Notes under the pieces: model-generated
What the model was told of the DNA's origin: nothing
The model's database searches: none
The model's input: the letters and a program-made list of their open reading frames with translations, nothing else
Part shown: piece after piece, positions 25,199 through 38,072 of the stretch
Numbering within the stretch: the first letter of the stretch is position 1
Layout of the letters: every line of letters begins with the position of its first letter
Program-made: the position numbers and the translations under genes
Source of the DNA: Amphiscolops sp. MND2022
Lineage: Eukaryota
Assembly: GCA_964187785.1 (NCBI GenBank)
Contig: OZ076413.1
Coordinates: 71,424,001 to 71,488,000, forward strand
DNA length: 64,000 nucleotides
Direction of reading: 5' to 3'

Positions 25199-25280
25199 TT
25201 GGTCAAGGGCGAGACTCGAACCCACGTCCTTCTGCTTGGCAGACCTCAAAAAACCCTAATTAACCTCTATGCCAAGTGCC
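25199..25280 (-). repeat. tRNA-derived segment (A/B-box like) within a repeat
   Basis: Minus strand TGGCATAGAGG (A-box like), GTGGG-TTCGAGT-CTCGC T-arm and ...TGACCA; the acceptor stem does not pair, so not a functional tRNA. A similar segment lies at about 23938-24012. Confidence 0.45.
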
Positions 25281-26484
25281 AGAAGTTGCGACTTGCACGG
25301 CCACAAATTCAGACTATGCGACTTGCGGTCTGAAACGAGAGAGTTGTCGCGCGGAAAAAAGCACCCACACTTTCCCATAACACTTGCTTATCGCAAGTGT
25401 AAAAACTATATTGCGTTTACTACGGAGGAGACGGAGATTTGAAAACAAGCGCTCCTTTTTGTCCCAACGTTATATCCGAACGTTTGACGTTATATCGGAA
25501 GTAATTCGCGTTTTATTGAGGATGAGGTGTGGGATTGAAAAGAAGAACTCTGAGACGTTTCCCCTTTTTTCGGCCTTGTGAGACTTTCTCTGACATCTTT
25601 TTATTATCCCCGAACTACCAAAATTTTTGATATTTTGCAAGAAATTGTATTTTCGAAAAACTCAAAGAGTACCTCCTTCTACGATTTCCGACAGTGTGAG
25701 GTTTCGAAAAGATTATTTTTAGTCTTAAAATTAGGTCTTCCCAGTGGCCCAGCACGTTATATCCGCATTTTGTTTTTTTTTCTCAAGACCGGCCTTTTTC
25801 TCTGCGACTGTTTTCTAATTTGTTTTCACTGAAGCCCCTCAATTTTTAGTAGAAACGAAACGTAGGGGTTTTGGCACGATGCGCTTTAAGAAGACAAATC
25901 CATTTTTTAAATTGCGTTTTTTTGTTGTTCGCGGTTGGGGAAAAAGTTGTTTTCGAGTGTTTGGCAAACTTCTCACTGTTATCTGGGCTAGTGGTTACAG
26001 AAGTCCGAGAAGCAGGAGTACATGGGTTCGTACTAAACCAAGAAATTATGTTTGCAAAGATAGGGGTAGACCAAAGGAGATCAGAACTATGGAACTAATT
26101 TAAATGTTTCAGCACTGGAATTTGTTTCCCAAAAAAAACTGCCCATGGCTACCACCTGGTCATGGAAAGTTAGAATGTATACCATCTTGGGCTAGAGGTT
26201 AACAAGGGTACAGGGGATTCAGTTCCTCGCTAAGCCAGTTTTTTATGTTTGCAGAGGTAGAAGGCAGATTAAAATGTCCCCCTTTTGGGTTTCACGACAC
26301 TTTACGGCTTTTCGAAGAATTTGTCCAGAGTTCGATTGCAGTTCTCCAAAATTATTTTCTCAAGTTCAATATAAGTGTTGCCATTATTTTCGCGTTAAAT
26401 GGATTCAGGTGAAAATGTCAAAAGGTCCCTGTTTGTCAGTGATGATAACTCTCATTGTAAAAACTACAAACGTTACCAGAAATT

Positions 26485-26895
26485 GGATCTTTTCTGTCCC
26501 CCCCCCCCGCACCATCAAAAATTTTTGATAGAAATTTTCAAAAATTTTCTAAACTAGTTGAATTCGAAGTGAAATTTTTTCCATAACATGAAATTAACTT
26601 CTATTGAATAATTTTTTGTCTGAACAAGTTTTTTCACACATTTTGACTGTGAATATGTTGAAAATTAACTGTTTTTATTGTGATTCAAAACAGGAAGCTG
26701 TTGAAATTTCAACAAGAATGCGTGACTCCATAAGGTAATATAGCGTGAACAAAGTTTGTATCTGAATTCTAATCTGTCATCCTGAGAATAAATATAAAAG
26801 TCAAGGTTTCTAATTTACTCCTAAATATTTTATTTCAATGTTTTCACAATACTTTTTCAGAAAAATTTAGGTGGTGGGGGGAATAGAGAATTTTG
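26485..26895. mobile_element. MITE with C-run/G-run TIRs (copy 1)
   Basis: ttttctgtccccccc..cacc ... ggtggtgggggg; homologous to 35242-35658. Confidence 0.6.
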
Positions 26896-27354
26896 TTAGC
26901 TTCTGCTTTCGAATAAGTTCCTGCGGTGACATAGTAGTTTCAAGAAACGTGGTGCCTGTAAAGTCTTCAAGTGATAACATGAGCCAATGAGGTACCTCAA
27001 AAAAAAACAATTTTATGAGAATCTGACATTTTCACCGTGAAAAGATGTTATTAGTTTTGTGTTTCTTATTCTGGTCGATCCATCGATAAGTTTTTCCTGA
27101 GTATAAAATTGATACCATTGATTTTTTTTCAGTGAAACATCTTTGAAAAGTCATTGAAATAAATTTGTTGTCTTTGGGACATTTTGTACTTTTCGCAGCT
27201 TATTTACGTAGCTTTAGAAGTTTTTTCTGAATGTTCGCATGTTTTGTGATGTGCAGGTTTCCCAGAATAAAGTGTTTTCCTTACGTGGGGCTTTGCAACT
27301 GATCTCTGATAATCTTGTGAACAACAAATGACTCGACGTGTTAGTGAAAATTCA

Positions 27355-30300
27355 TGTCACTGACGTGATTCATCAGCAACTGAAATACTTTAAAACTGCC
27401 AATGCTTTCATGATTGTTCATGCTTCGAGCTGGATAGTAGTACATTGAACTGAATTGTAGTACGTTGACATTAAACTCAATTGAAGTAAAAGAAGTCAAT
27501 CTTTTACATTTTGGCGCTCCTATAAATCCTTCTCCAACCTTCAACGCCGAGTTTTTTCTGCTGCTTTCTGCACCCTTCTCCACTGTTAGTGTGTTCCAAT
27601 TTCTTGAGCAAAAAGAAATCAACCCTCATTTCCCTTCTCTGTTTTGGAAGAAAGACTACAGACAGCCTTTTTTCCGTCTTTTTTTCTACAAAAAGATCTC
27701 TTCAACAGTAAAGTCAAAACCCTCTTCAGCAGTTTTTTCGATGGCAAAGCCAGCTACTAGCTTCCAAAGTTTCGACTACCCAGAAACAACTTCTTCAACC
27801 TTTCGCCTTTTTTCACCTTTACCCTTGCTGCACTGAAGAGAGTGCTAGGAGAAAAAAAACAAACAAAAAAGGTCATTTTTAGGAAAACTTTTGGTCATAG
27901 TTTTGGTTCTGCCTTTTCAAGTAGCGATCTTTAATACAAGAGCGGTGTGAATAAATTTAAAAGACAAAAAGTAACGAAAGCACTTTACAAGGCCACTTTT
28001 GCCTAGGGGCTCAAAAGAGCCCTCTTTCCAACGCCGACCGAAAGTTTTTCTTTTTCATCGCTGAGTTTAGGAATAGCTTCGTCCAGTTTTCGTCCTGTTG
28101 GATCTAGCTGCGTCCTGAACAGGTAAGTAAAACAGAGTCGCCGTTCCGTTCCGTCTTCTAGGTCTTTTCAGCCTTTTTGTCGGTTCCCTTGCGGTTCGCT
28201 CGGTCCGTCTTCGCTCCTCAAAACAGCGATTCCACTAGCTTCAACCAGCGGTATATTATTCATCTCTCTCATTGTATTCTTTTCGGTCGTGGTTGCGAAT
28301 CGAACGGTTTATTTGTTCCGTAAGTTGTCTCTTACCATTCTTTGTGTCAACGCAGCAGAGCTTCAGTCAAAAGATTGTCCTCCATCGAAAGATTCACCCA
28401 GCTTTTCTACAAACAACAACCAACCACAGTGCATCAAAGCTGACAACTTCTTCGCGCCAGTTTCAGCAACCAGAATGGGAAATAAAAAGGAACAAACTTT
28501 GCTCAATCGCTTCCGACTGGAAGAGCGATTGTTTGAGAACACACTAAAATCTTTGCAGCAGAATGTTCTTGACAACCAACCAGTTCATGTTCTGAGGACA
28601 ATTCTCAGAAATCTTTCTCATCGACACCAGCAATTGACAGATATTACCCAGCAGCTTACAGGTTTCCTCGCCAACGACGCTTTGGAAACTCTTTTCGACA
28701 GTATGTCTCGAATCTCAAGTGAGTTCGAGAACGCTGAACTGCAAGTTTCTCTCAAAGAAACAGACCATCATCTACCAACCCGAAGCTGCAGTACCGCCAG
28801 CCGCCAGTTTCAACAAAACTTCTGTAACGAATATACTGACTTCCCACCGGTATCACCTCCACTGAGTCAGTCACAACAGCAACCGCCGTTACCAATGGAT
28901 CAAACAGCAGGTTCTGTCTTTCCCACAGCCGCATGCCAGCTCCAATCAGTAGTGGAAGCCTCCACTACTCCAGCAGTCACTCTTTGTTCGAGTGAGCCTA
29001 CACCCATTGTCACTTGCGGTAACCCATTTGGCACCTTGGCTACAAGGGTACCACCTGTTCTTCCTCAAACTCACCGCCAAATCTCAGCAGTGCATCCTTT
29101 CCAAACTGATGACCGCTCCAAAGCTCACCCTCTTGCAGAAAATACGTATCTCGTTCCACCGAACCCCGCATCGGTTATGCAATTGCCGTTCGACTGTCTG
29201 GCCCCTGACCGTACGCCACTCGAAACTCAGTCCAACTTGATTTAAGCGAATACTTCGCCAGTTCCTCACATCTCACGTCTTGCTCCGACTGAATCGTCCG
29301 TGCCTGTTCTCGTCTCTCGCTTACCCAATTCGTATCAGTTTAACCAGCCCCTGCATACCCGCAGCAATTTTCTGCCGGTCCCGCCATCACAGTTTAACCA
29401 GTTTCGATTTGTCTCCCAGCAGCAACTGCCGCACGCTACCGTCTCGTCCACTACTTCAAATATCGCATTTGTGCAAAGCAATTTTTTGGCAGCCCTTCCG
29501 CCTACAACTAACGATCCGGTATTTACCGAAAGCCTGTCGCGCCCGTTTCCGAACCCAGAGCCGTTCCCTCCTTCCTCCATTACTGCTGCAACATCTTTTG
29601 CCGCAACATCCCATCCCGCTCCGACCAATGCTATATCAACAACATTCGATGGTTTCTCGCATCCGATCGCTTCCACATACCATCCAACTCTCCAGCCGTC
29701 AACATACATTCCGACACATACACAACCACCAGCAATTAAACGCCCGCCTCTGCAATTACCCATGTTTGACGGTGACCCACTTCAATACCATGATTGGATT
29801 AACACTTTCAAGGCAACAGTCCATAGCAACATGTCTATCACAGACACTCGCCGAATAACCTACCTCCAAAATTCATTGAGGGGTCCAGCCAAAGACTTAA
29901 TCAAAGGTTATTCGTACAACCCCACTTTCTACGCAGCAGCACTTGCTGATATTGAGAAACGGTTTGGTGACGCCGACTATATCGTCGCGTCTTACATCGC
30001 AAAGCTGGAAAGCTACCCACAATTTCCTCTGCATGATGCCAAATCCATCACTACCTACAACACGTTCATCAAAGAATTCACTCGAATCTTCTCCGATCTT
30101 GGTTTTCCTTCCGACTTAACGTCTTCCACTGTCCTTCGCTTAGCCAAAGACAAACTCCCGAAACAACTTCTCGTCAAGTGGACTGAATACACCATCCAGA
30201 AGGCAATCGCCAAGCCCAGTCTACTTCATTTCCAAATTTGGCTGGAACTCCAAACTGCAGTGTATGACAAACTCAACCTGCCGTCCTCCTCAAAAACTCA

Positions 30301-33300
30301 CGCTTCGTCTTTTAAACCCAAATCTGACTCTGGTGATTCCTCGTCCCGAGATACTAATTGGAATTCAACAACACAAAGAAAACATCCACCGTCTTGTCCA
30401 TTTTGTAATCTTGACACTATGCATCCAGTTGCCCAAAGTATCGCGATGCCACTCCGAAGCAACGTTTCAATTTCGTCAGAAATCATAACCTTTGCCTTAA
30501 CTGTCTTGGTAAAGATCACATGAAATCTTCGTGTCCGTCCAAAAATCGATGTTCCAAACACGATTGCAGTGAACTTCATCACACGACACTTCATGAAGCC
30601 TTCAACCAACCGCATACCCGATCTCAGCCTGACCAAGAATCAAACCGAAACACCTCCAATGCTACTCGTGTAACAGAACTCAACCGACAACGACCAATCC
30701 GATCGCCACCAACTGATCCCCCAACTCGCCCGTCACAGTTCAACGCCACTGCCTTGAATCGGAAAACGGAAAATTCCCGAAAGACCTGTTTTCAGTCCTT
30801 CAAATTGTCCCCGTTTCAGTTATCAATGATGGCAAAGTCTTCGATACCTACGCCCTCATTGATCCAGGAAGTACTGGTACATATATTCTAGATCACATCA
30901 CGAAAATCCTCAATTTGAAAACCAGTGAAACCTTTGACTTGGATGTACAGTTTTTGAGTTTCTCCCGCTCAATATCCGTCTCTTCGACACACTTTCTTCT
31001 CGTCCCCTACGATGACCATGAGAAAACTTTCCCTGTTCGAAACGTCTTCTCCACTCCCAGCATCAAACTGCCCCCCGCCGACACAAAGGAAATGAACGAA
31101 ATATGCCAACAATTTCCTCAACTTCGACATATAAAATTCCCCGATATCGACAAAAGCAAAATCGGAATACTCCGTGGTACAGCTTGCGTGCAGTTCACCC
31201 ACGCACTGGAATGGATTCGCGGTGCTCCCAATTGTCCCGCCGGAGTTCAAACAGAACTTGGGTAGACCATTGCCGGTGAATTCACGCACCCAAAAAAGAA
31301 AAAACTCACCTCCAGGTGTCACCAAAAGTTCTTTGCCCCACACTCGCCTTCTCCCGAAATTCAACCTTCAACTGATGTGCTAGAAAACTATTGGGCTATC
31401 GAAAAAGCCGGTTGTGAACCCGCTATCGACAAAAAGGTGTCGCTTGAAGACAAAGAAGCCCTCCGCATCTTGAATGAAACTTGTCGTCACAATGGAGAAC
31501 GCTATGAAATTGGGCTCCCTTGGAAATCTTCCGCAACGTTTCTAAATAATTACTTTGCCGCCGTCAGTCAAGCCCGTATTTTTGAGAAACGTCTGAGAGA
31601 CAAACCGATTGTCTTACAGAAATACAAGGAAACTCTCACTAAAGATCTCGCCTCGAAATACGTCGAACCTGTTACTAAACAATAACCCCCTCCTGATAAA
31701 ATTTGGTATCTGCCAACACACCCTGTTGAAAATCCAAACAAGCCAGGAAAAATCCGTCGCGTCGCGAATGCAGCCTCAAAATTCAAAGGCTGTTCTCTCA
31801 ACACTTGTCTTCTGACCGGACCTGAACTTTTGGCCGACTTGCTTGAACTGATTCTCCGTTTTCGCGAACACGCCATCGGTGTCCTTGCTGATATCGAAAG
31901 CATGTTCATGCAAATAGCAATCCGTAAAGAAGACCAGTCAGCCTTACGCTTTGTATGGTTGGAAGACAATTCATTTCGCCAGTACCAATACATCCGTTTA
32001 ATTTTTGATGCTAATTGTTCGCCGTGTTGCGCAATTTTCGTACTCCAAAAAAACGTCCTCGTGCGAGGCGGGTTCCGTCTCACGAAATTCCTATCTAACA
32101 ACGCCGCCGCCATTAATCATCTTCCAGAATCCGAGAAAGAAACGCCCGTTCAAACGACCAGAGTTCTTGGTCAGACTTGGTGTCTGACTGATGACACATA
32201 CACCGCTCCTCCATCAAAGCCCGTACCCACGCCGACAACTCTACGCCAGCTTTTCAGTCTTGTCTCGTCTATTTTTGATCCCATCGGTTTACTAGCGCCC
32301 TTCGTCGTTCAATTTAAAATTCTTCTCCAGTCTCTTTGGAAACGTGGACAGAAATGGCATCAAATGATTCCGAATGACCTTCACACGATCGTAGTTAAAC
32401 TCGTCGACGAATATCGGAACCTGCCTCTAATTTCCGTCCCGCGTCAACTTTGCCAGCCCTGTACTCCCGTCCAGTTACACGTTTTCACAGATGCCTCGAT
32501 TTCAGCATTCGCCGCCGTCATTTACGCCCGTCCGTCGCATACGGCTCCGAAATCCGCTACAATGACATTCGTACTCGGAAAAAGTCGCGTCGCCCCTCTC
32601 AAACAATTAAGCGTCCCGAAACTTGAACTTGACGCCGCTCTACTGGGAGTTCGTCTACTCCAAGTCGTTCGCATAGCTTCCGATCGAAACTTTCCGTGTG
32701 TTACTTTCTGGACAGATAGTTGTGTTGTGCTCGACTGGATCCAAAACCAGAAAAAACTCAAAAGTTTCGTTGCTCACCGAGTCAACGAAATTTCCCGCTC
32801 TTCTGCCCCTTCGGATTGGAGGTATGTTCCATCCAATCTAAATCCAGCCGATCACGGCACAAGAGGTCTGAAATCAACAGATATCACCGTGAAATGGACA
32901 AAAGGTCCAAGATTTTCGACAGAAAACGCTCAACACTGGCCAGCGAGGCCAAACAGCTCGTCCGCCGACATTTGCGCATTCGCGAGTGCTAAGTATCCGC
33001 CCGTCCTGCTTGACGTTCGCCGATTTTCGTCATGGCTCCGCTTGTTTAAAACGACGGCACAAGTCATACGTTTCGTTCGCCGCCTACGCTCTCGAAATTC
33101 TGATACAGGTCTAATTACCGCCGATTTCCAATTTGCCCGTCTTCTGCTCATCCGGCAGTCACAAGCTGAGTCGTTTTCGTCAACCGTTGCCCACCTTAAT
33201 TGCAACCTTCGTCCATCTCCGCAAGATAAACTTTTGCCGTACAATCCAGTCCTCGATGATCAAGGAATCCTTCGTTCTGCCGGCCGCCTGAAATACGCAC

Positions 33301-34701
33301 CACTCCCGGAATCAACACAACTTCCCATCATTCTGGACGCTAAGAATCCCCTCGTGAAACTTCTTGTTGAGCATTCCCATGCCGTTTGCCACCGCGCCGG
33401 TCCGGAATACGTGAAAGCTTTCCTGCAACAACGTTATCTGATTCGTGGAGTTCGTTGCGCGCTTCGAAGCGTAAGTCACAGATGTTTAGCTTGCCGCCGT
33501 TTTCGCGCCGAAAACATTCAACTTTTCATGGCTCCGCTACCTCCTTTCCGCTATCCGTCACCAGATGCGCCTTTCCCTTTCGCTCAAACAGGTATCGACT
33601 TGTTTGGACCCTTTTTTATCGTCAATGGAAAAAAGCTCGAAAAGCACTACGCCATCACCTTCAACTGCCTGGTTACTCGCGCTTGTCATCTTGAGTCATG
33701 TCCTTTCATGACTAGTGACAGCTTCCTCAACGCTTTTCGACGATTCGTTGCCAGGCGAGGACAACCGCAACTTCTAAGATCTGACAATGGTAGCAATTTT
33801 GTTGGTGCTCGACGTGAATTGCAACAATCCCTCAACGACAGCATAAAAAACGTCTGTGAGAATCTTCCTGAGTCCATTGAAATGCGATGGGACTTGAACC
33901 CACCTTTTGCCCCACACTTCAGTGGTGTTTGGAAAAGAATGATACGAACAGCTAAAAGAACCCTCCTGATCATTCTTGGCTCGAAGAAACTGACACTCGA
34001 TTTTTTCCAGACAATTTTAACTGAAACCGAACTGATGCTGAACTCTCGACCACTTGCTCATGTAGCAGACCAACCCGATAACGAAAGACCCCTCACACCC
34101 AATCATTTTTTACTTCACCGACCGTACGCAAACCTGCCACCAGGAATTTTCAACGATACGGAGGAACCCCTGTCCTTCAAGTAATGGAAAGACGTTCAGA
34201 AAGTAATGAACCATTTTTGGGACAGATTCCTCAAGGAGTATCTGCCCACTCTTCATCATCGCTCTAAATGGAATCAAGACCAACATCCTCTCCAAGTCGG
34301 GGATATTGTGTGAGTCCTCAAAGATTTGACCCCCCGTGGAATCTGGCCTCTGGGACGAATCGTCTCTCTGCACCCTGGTCCTGATGGAATAACCCGTGTC
34401 TGTTCAGTGGAAACAGCTTACGGAACATTCGAACGACCCGCCGTTTCTCTTTCTCGCGTTTTCGCCCCGTGACGGCTCGCTCCGCAATTTCAAATTTGCC
34501 CCTCCTCCTCTCTTCTTTGCAGCTCGGGGGGGGGGGGGGGTGAAGCATGTCACTGACGTGATTCATCAGCAACTGAAATACTTTAAAACTGTCAATGCTT
34601 TCATGATTGTTCATGCTTCGAGCTGGATAGTAGTACATTGAATTGAATTGTAGTACGTTCACATTAAACTCAATTGAAGTAAAAGAAGTCAATCTTTTAC
34701 A
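27355..34701 (+). mobile_element. BEL/Pao LTR retrotransposon (decayed)
   Basis: 154-bp LTRs TGTCAC...TTTACA at 27355-27508 and 34548-34701 (3 mismatches seen), 5-bp TSD ATTCA, PBS TGGCGCTCC at 27512, G15 PPT. Confidence 0.95.
28289..34471 (+). pseudogene. BEL/Pao gag-pol
   Basis: DUF1759-like PMFDGDPLQYHDW, Cys-His knuckles, protease YALIDPGS, RT fragment lacking YxDD, RNase H VFTDAS, integrase GIDLFGP/SDNGSNF, WPLGRI; many frameshifts and stops. Confidence 0.92.
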
Positions 34702-35241
34702 ATTCAAGGAAATGTTATTTATTGGCAGTCCTTCAAGCATTACTGGTTGCCTTCAACAAAAAATGAAATTCTATATAAAGTAAAAAAAAGCTTCTTTCAT
34801 TCAACATTTCTTCCCAAAAGAAAAAAAACTACCTAAATTGAATGTCAATTTGTTTTTGTTTTGCAACATGAACTGCTTCAAAACAAGCTTAATTCAGCTC
34901 AATTTGGCAACATGCTCAAGGTTTAAAAAGTGCAGTCTTTTAAAAATGACCTTTGCGTATTTTCTCGAACTTTCAGCAAAAAAATCAAAGCACCGGCAAA
35001 TTTCCAGAAGCAATCACTGCTGGTTACATGTAGTAATGCATATTGAACGCACGATTAATTTATTTTGCAACCATTTCATTTTGATATTAACGAAAGCAAA
35101 TGCTGATAATATTCATCCGCGAAAATAGACTGACAAATTATTATATCAAGCACGACTTTTGCGGTTTTTTAGTCGGCGCTTCGACGAAAAGTGCCTGACT
35201 CTTACAGTGGGTAGTTTTTTAGCCGCATAAGGTCCACTTTT

Positions 35242-35658
35242 GGCTCTTTTCTGTTCCCCCCCCCCCCACCATCAAAATTTTTGAAAGAAATTCTCTTAAA
35301 AACTTTAGACTAGCCTAATTAAAAGTAAAACATTTTCCATAATGGGAAGTTAACGTCTTTTGGAACAATTTTTAGCTTGAACAAAACATTGTTCACACAT
35401 TTTGACTCTAATTATGTTCGTATTAAGTGTTTATTGATGACTCAAAACAGGAAGCTGTTGATTTTTTCATCAAAAAAAAGCGTGACCGCATTTGGAAAAA
35501 GAGTGAACAAAGTTTGTATTTGAATCCTAAACTGTCACCCTGAGAATAAATTCTAAATTGGAGCTTTCTGGTTGGCATTCAAGTCTTTTTAATATAAGAT
35601 TTTCATTAATTTTCTAAAAAAAATATATTGGTGGTGGGGGGAAAAACAGAAAAGAGCC
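35242..35658. mobile_element. MITE with C-run/G-run TIRs (copy 2)
   Basis: TIRs ggctcttttctgttcccc / ggggaaaaacagaaaagagcc; 7-8 bp TSD (c)cactttt. Confidence 0.75.
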
Positions 35659-35949
35659 CCACTTTTTTCTTCAGTTGTTCAACTACGTTCAACACATCGG
35701 AACCTCGTCCAAAACAAAAACTGACGTCCAGAACCTTGAAAGCGTACTAAGGATCCAAACTCTGGCTACCTTGGTGTTTTTACTTAGATTTTTTTGGCAA
35801 TGAGACTTTTTTGATTACTATTGTAGTAACTTTTTTTCAATCCACGAGAACTGACCAAAATAGTTCTACAGTTCCACAACTTTTTATGGTCCCAAATTGA
35901 ATCATTTGGCCTAGCGAACTGAACCAAAAAGGTTTTTCTTTTTTTTTCC

Positions 35950-38072
35950 TGTCACAGCCGCCACAGGGCCGTGGAATAATAAGAACAGAGAGAACGCCAG
36001 AGGAAAGAAATGGAGAAATTAACCAAGAAGAAGCTAATAAACCATCACAAACCTGAAAGGAAACAATCAACAAACAAACACTCATTGATATTGAACAACC
36101 CTGTAAGTGCATAATATTAATATCATCAATCCTCTGCAGTACCTGAAATACATAAATATGTAAATAATTAAATAATAATAACTTGTTGTAAATGTGATTT
36201 GTTTGCAGTAGCTTGACCAATACGCTGATTGAAGTTATTCCAACCAGCGCACTGACCAGCCTACCGTCCCAATATCTGCGTAGCAAAACACATTAATTCT
36301 CACTGTCCTTTTAATTAACCAATCAGCGCCAAGCGCGAATGTGCAGTATTAACTCAGCTACTATACTCGTCAAGCCACCAGTCAGCAAAGACTGGGACGC
36401 ACGCCTGGGAGCTCGATCGAATTAATCAAAGTGCTAACATATTAAGTGACGTCACGTGTGAAGTGAATACAAATCCAAAGCTTAGAAGAAGCTTAAATTG
36501 TGCAGTATTCAATAGTGAAGATCGAAAACGTGATATTTATAGCATGAAAAGGTGTGATTGAAGATTTGTCGATCCCGATAACTGGGACGACCACCGGGAC
36601 GACCGTTCTAAATTTATAATCTGGGACGACCGCCGGGACGCTCGTTCAGTCATTCTAACTGATCAATCAAGTACAAATAATCGATGCTAACTTTAGATAA
36701 ATGTTTTGTGGCTTAAAAGAAGCTAAATACCAAAAGTACTTCCAATGAGTAATAATCGATGATGCTTGTAGTATTTTTAACGCGTTCGGTCCACCTTGTA
36801 GTTGAGTCAACTTCCCAGGCGGAGCGCTAAATTTCTTTAATATTACAAGAGCCTGGACAGCTGACCGAACGTATTCAATTAATACATGCCCTATAGTTAA
36901 CCTAATAACAATGTTGTCCCTGCTAAATGTGATATTTGACGATAATATAGTAAGACAACCCCCAGTGCTGCCTTTTCCAGTCCTCACATGCAATGTTTTG
37001 TTAATACATAGTTGAGTCAATAGCCCGGTCAAACGGCCAGGTCACTCTAAATGGAATTCGTTACCTGGCGTTCACCCAGGACTTTTTCGTTAGCTTCAAT
37101 TTAAAGTGCTAATTAACGGCCATAATCATCTGATTTAGAAGAAATCAGTGCTGTTAGTTTATTTCTTTGATGTTTCCCTTAAATTACTAGTAGTAAAATT
37201 TGGGATTGTTCGGTGATAATTTCATTTCCTTTTCCCGCTTAAGTAGCTAGGTTCATGAATTTCAGTGCCAACTTCACCTTCGGCGTCTTGAAAAGGCGGG
37301 GAATGAAGAAGAAAGGGACGCGGAATTGGGAAGCGGCAGGAAGTGGATTCCCACTTTTCTTTAAAGTGGGTTGAAACCGAATGCCGAGTCCCGAGGAAGA
37401 ATACCTTTTTTGGATTTCCCCGCTTCGGAAAGGACGCCGAGGTGAACAAGGTGTGAATTCACGCGCGGGGTTTTCTCCGCGTGTCTAGCGTAAAGTATAA
37501 ATACCTGAAGCGGGATTAGGAAAAGATAGTTGACAATTTTATTTTTCAAGTGCGTTTGATTAATCATTCTCTGAAAATTTTACTTTTGTAATAAACGAGT
37601 TAATTGCCTTTGCTTAATATAATTACTTTTGTTTCGGAAAACTTTGGATAATCATTGAACTGAAGCCTCCATTACGTTTGTAACGGTTCAAGTTTAATTG
37701 GAATATTGTTCCTCCACTATTTTTACAAGATGCCTGAGAAATCTCAAAAACGGAAGTTAAGGAGTGACCAGTCGACTAGCCAGTTCGACGTAGAAACCGC
37801 AAGCTCTGTTAACGACGAAAACACCACACTTTCGGAAAGGGATTTTGAAGACATATCCAATAAAATTGAGAATAGAATTTCCAAACGTCTCAAAGACACT
37901 GAACTCAATCAACGTGAGATATTAAAATTGATTGAGAACCTGTCGTCCAAAGTTGACAGTTTATCGAGCGTTAATTCTGAACAAGGTTACTCGACGACCA
38001 GGACTGAAAATAGCGGGAATCCTACTGTAGAGCTAGAAGAAACTAGTTTGTCTAGGAACGAGAGTTCCAACA
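35950..38072 (+). repeat. 5' LTR of gypsy-2
   Basis: TGTCACAG...TTCCAACA; candidate TATAAATA at 37496 and AATAAA at 37590; includes the first 114 gag codons. Confidence 0.95.

Noticed and set aside
25199-25280. Functional tRNA gene
   Set aside because: Acceptor and D stems do not pair; embedded in a repeat, so treated as tRNA-derived only.
36667-37567. Minus-strand ORFs inside the gypsy-2 LTRs (121, 75 and 68 aa; duplicated at 50290-51190)
   Set aside because: Weak or non-ATG starts and no motifs; duplicated only because they are LTR sequence.
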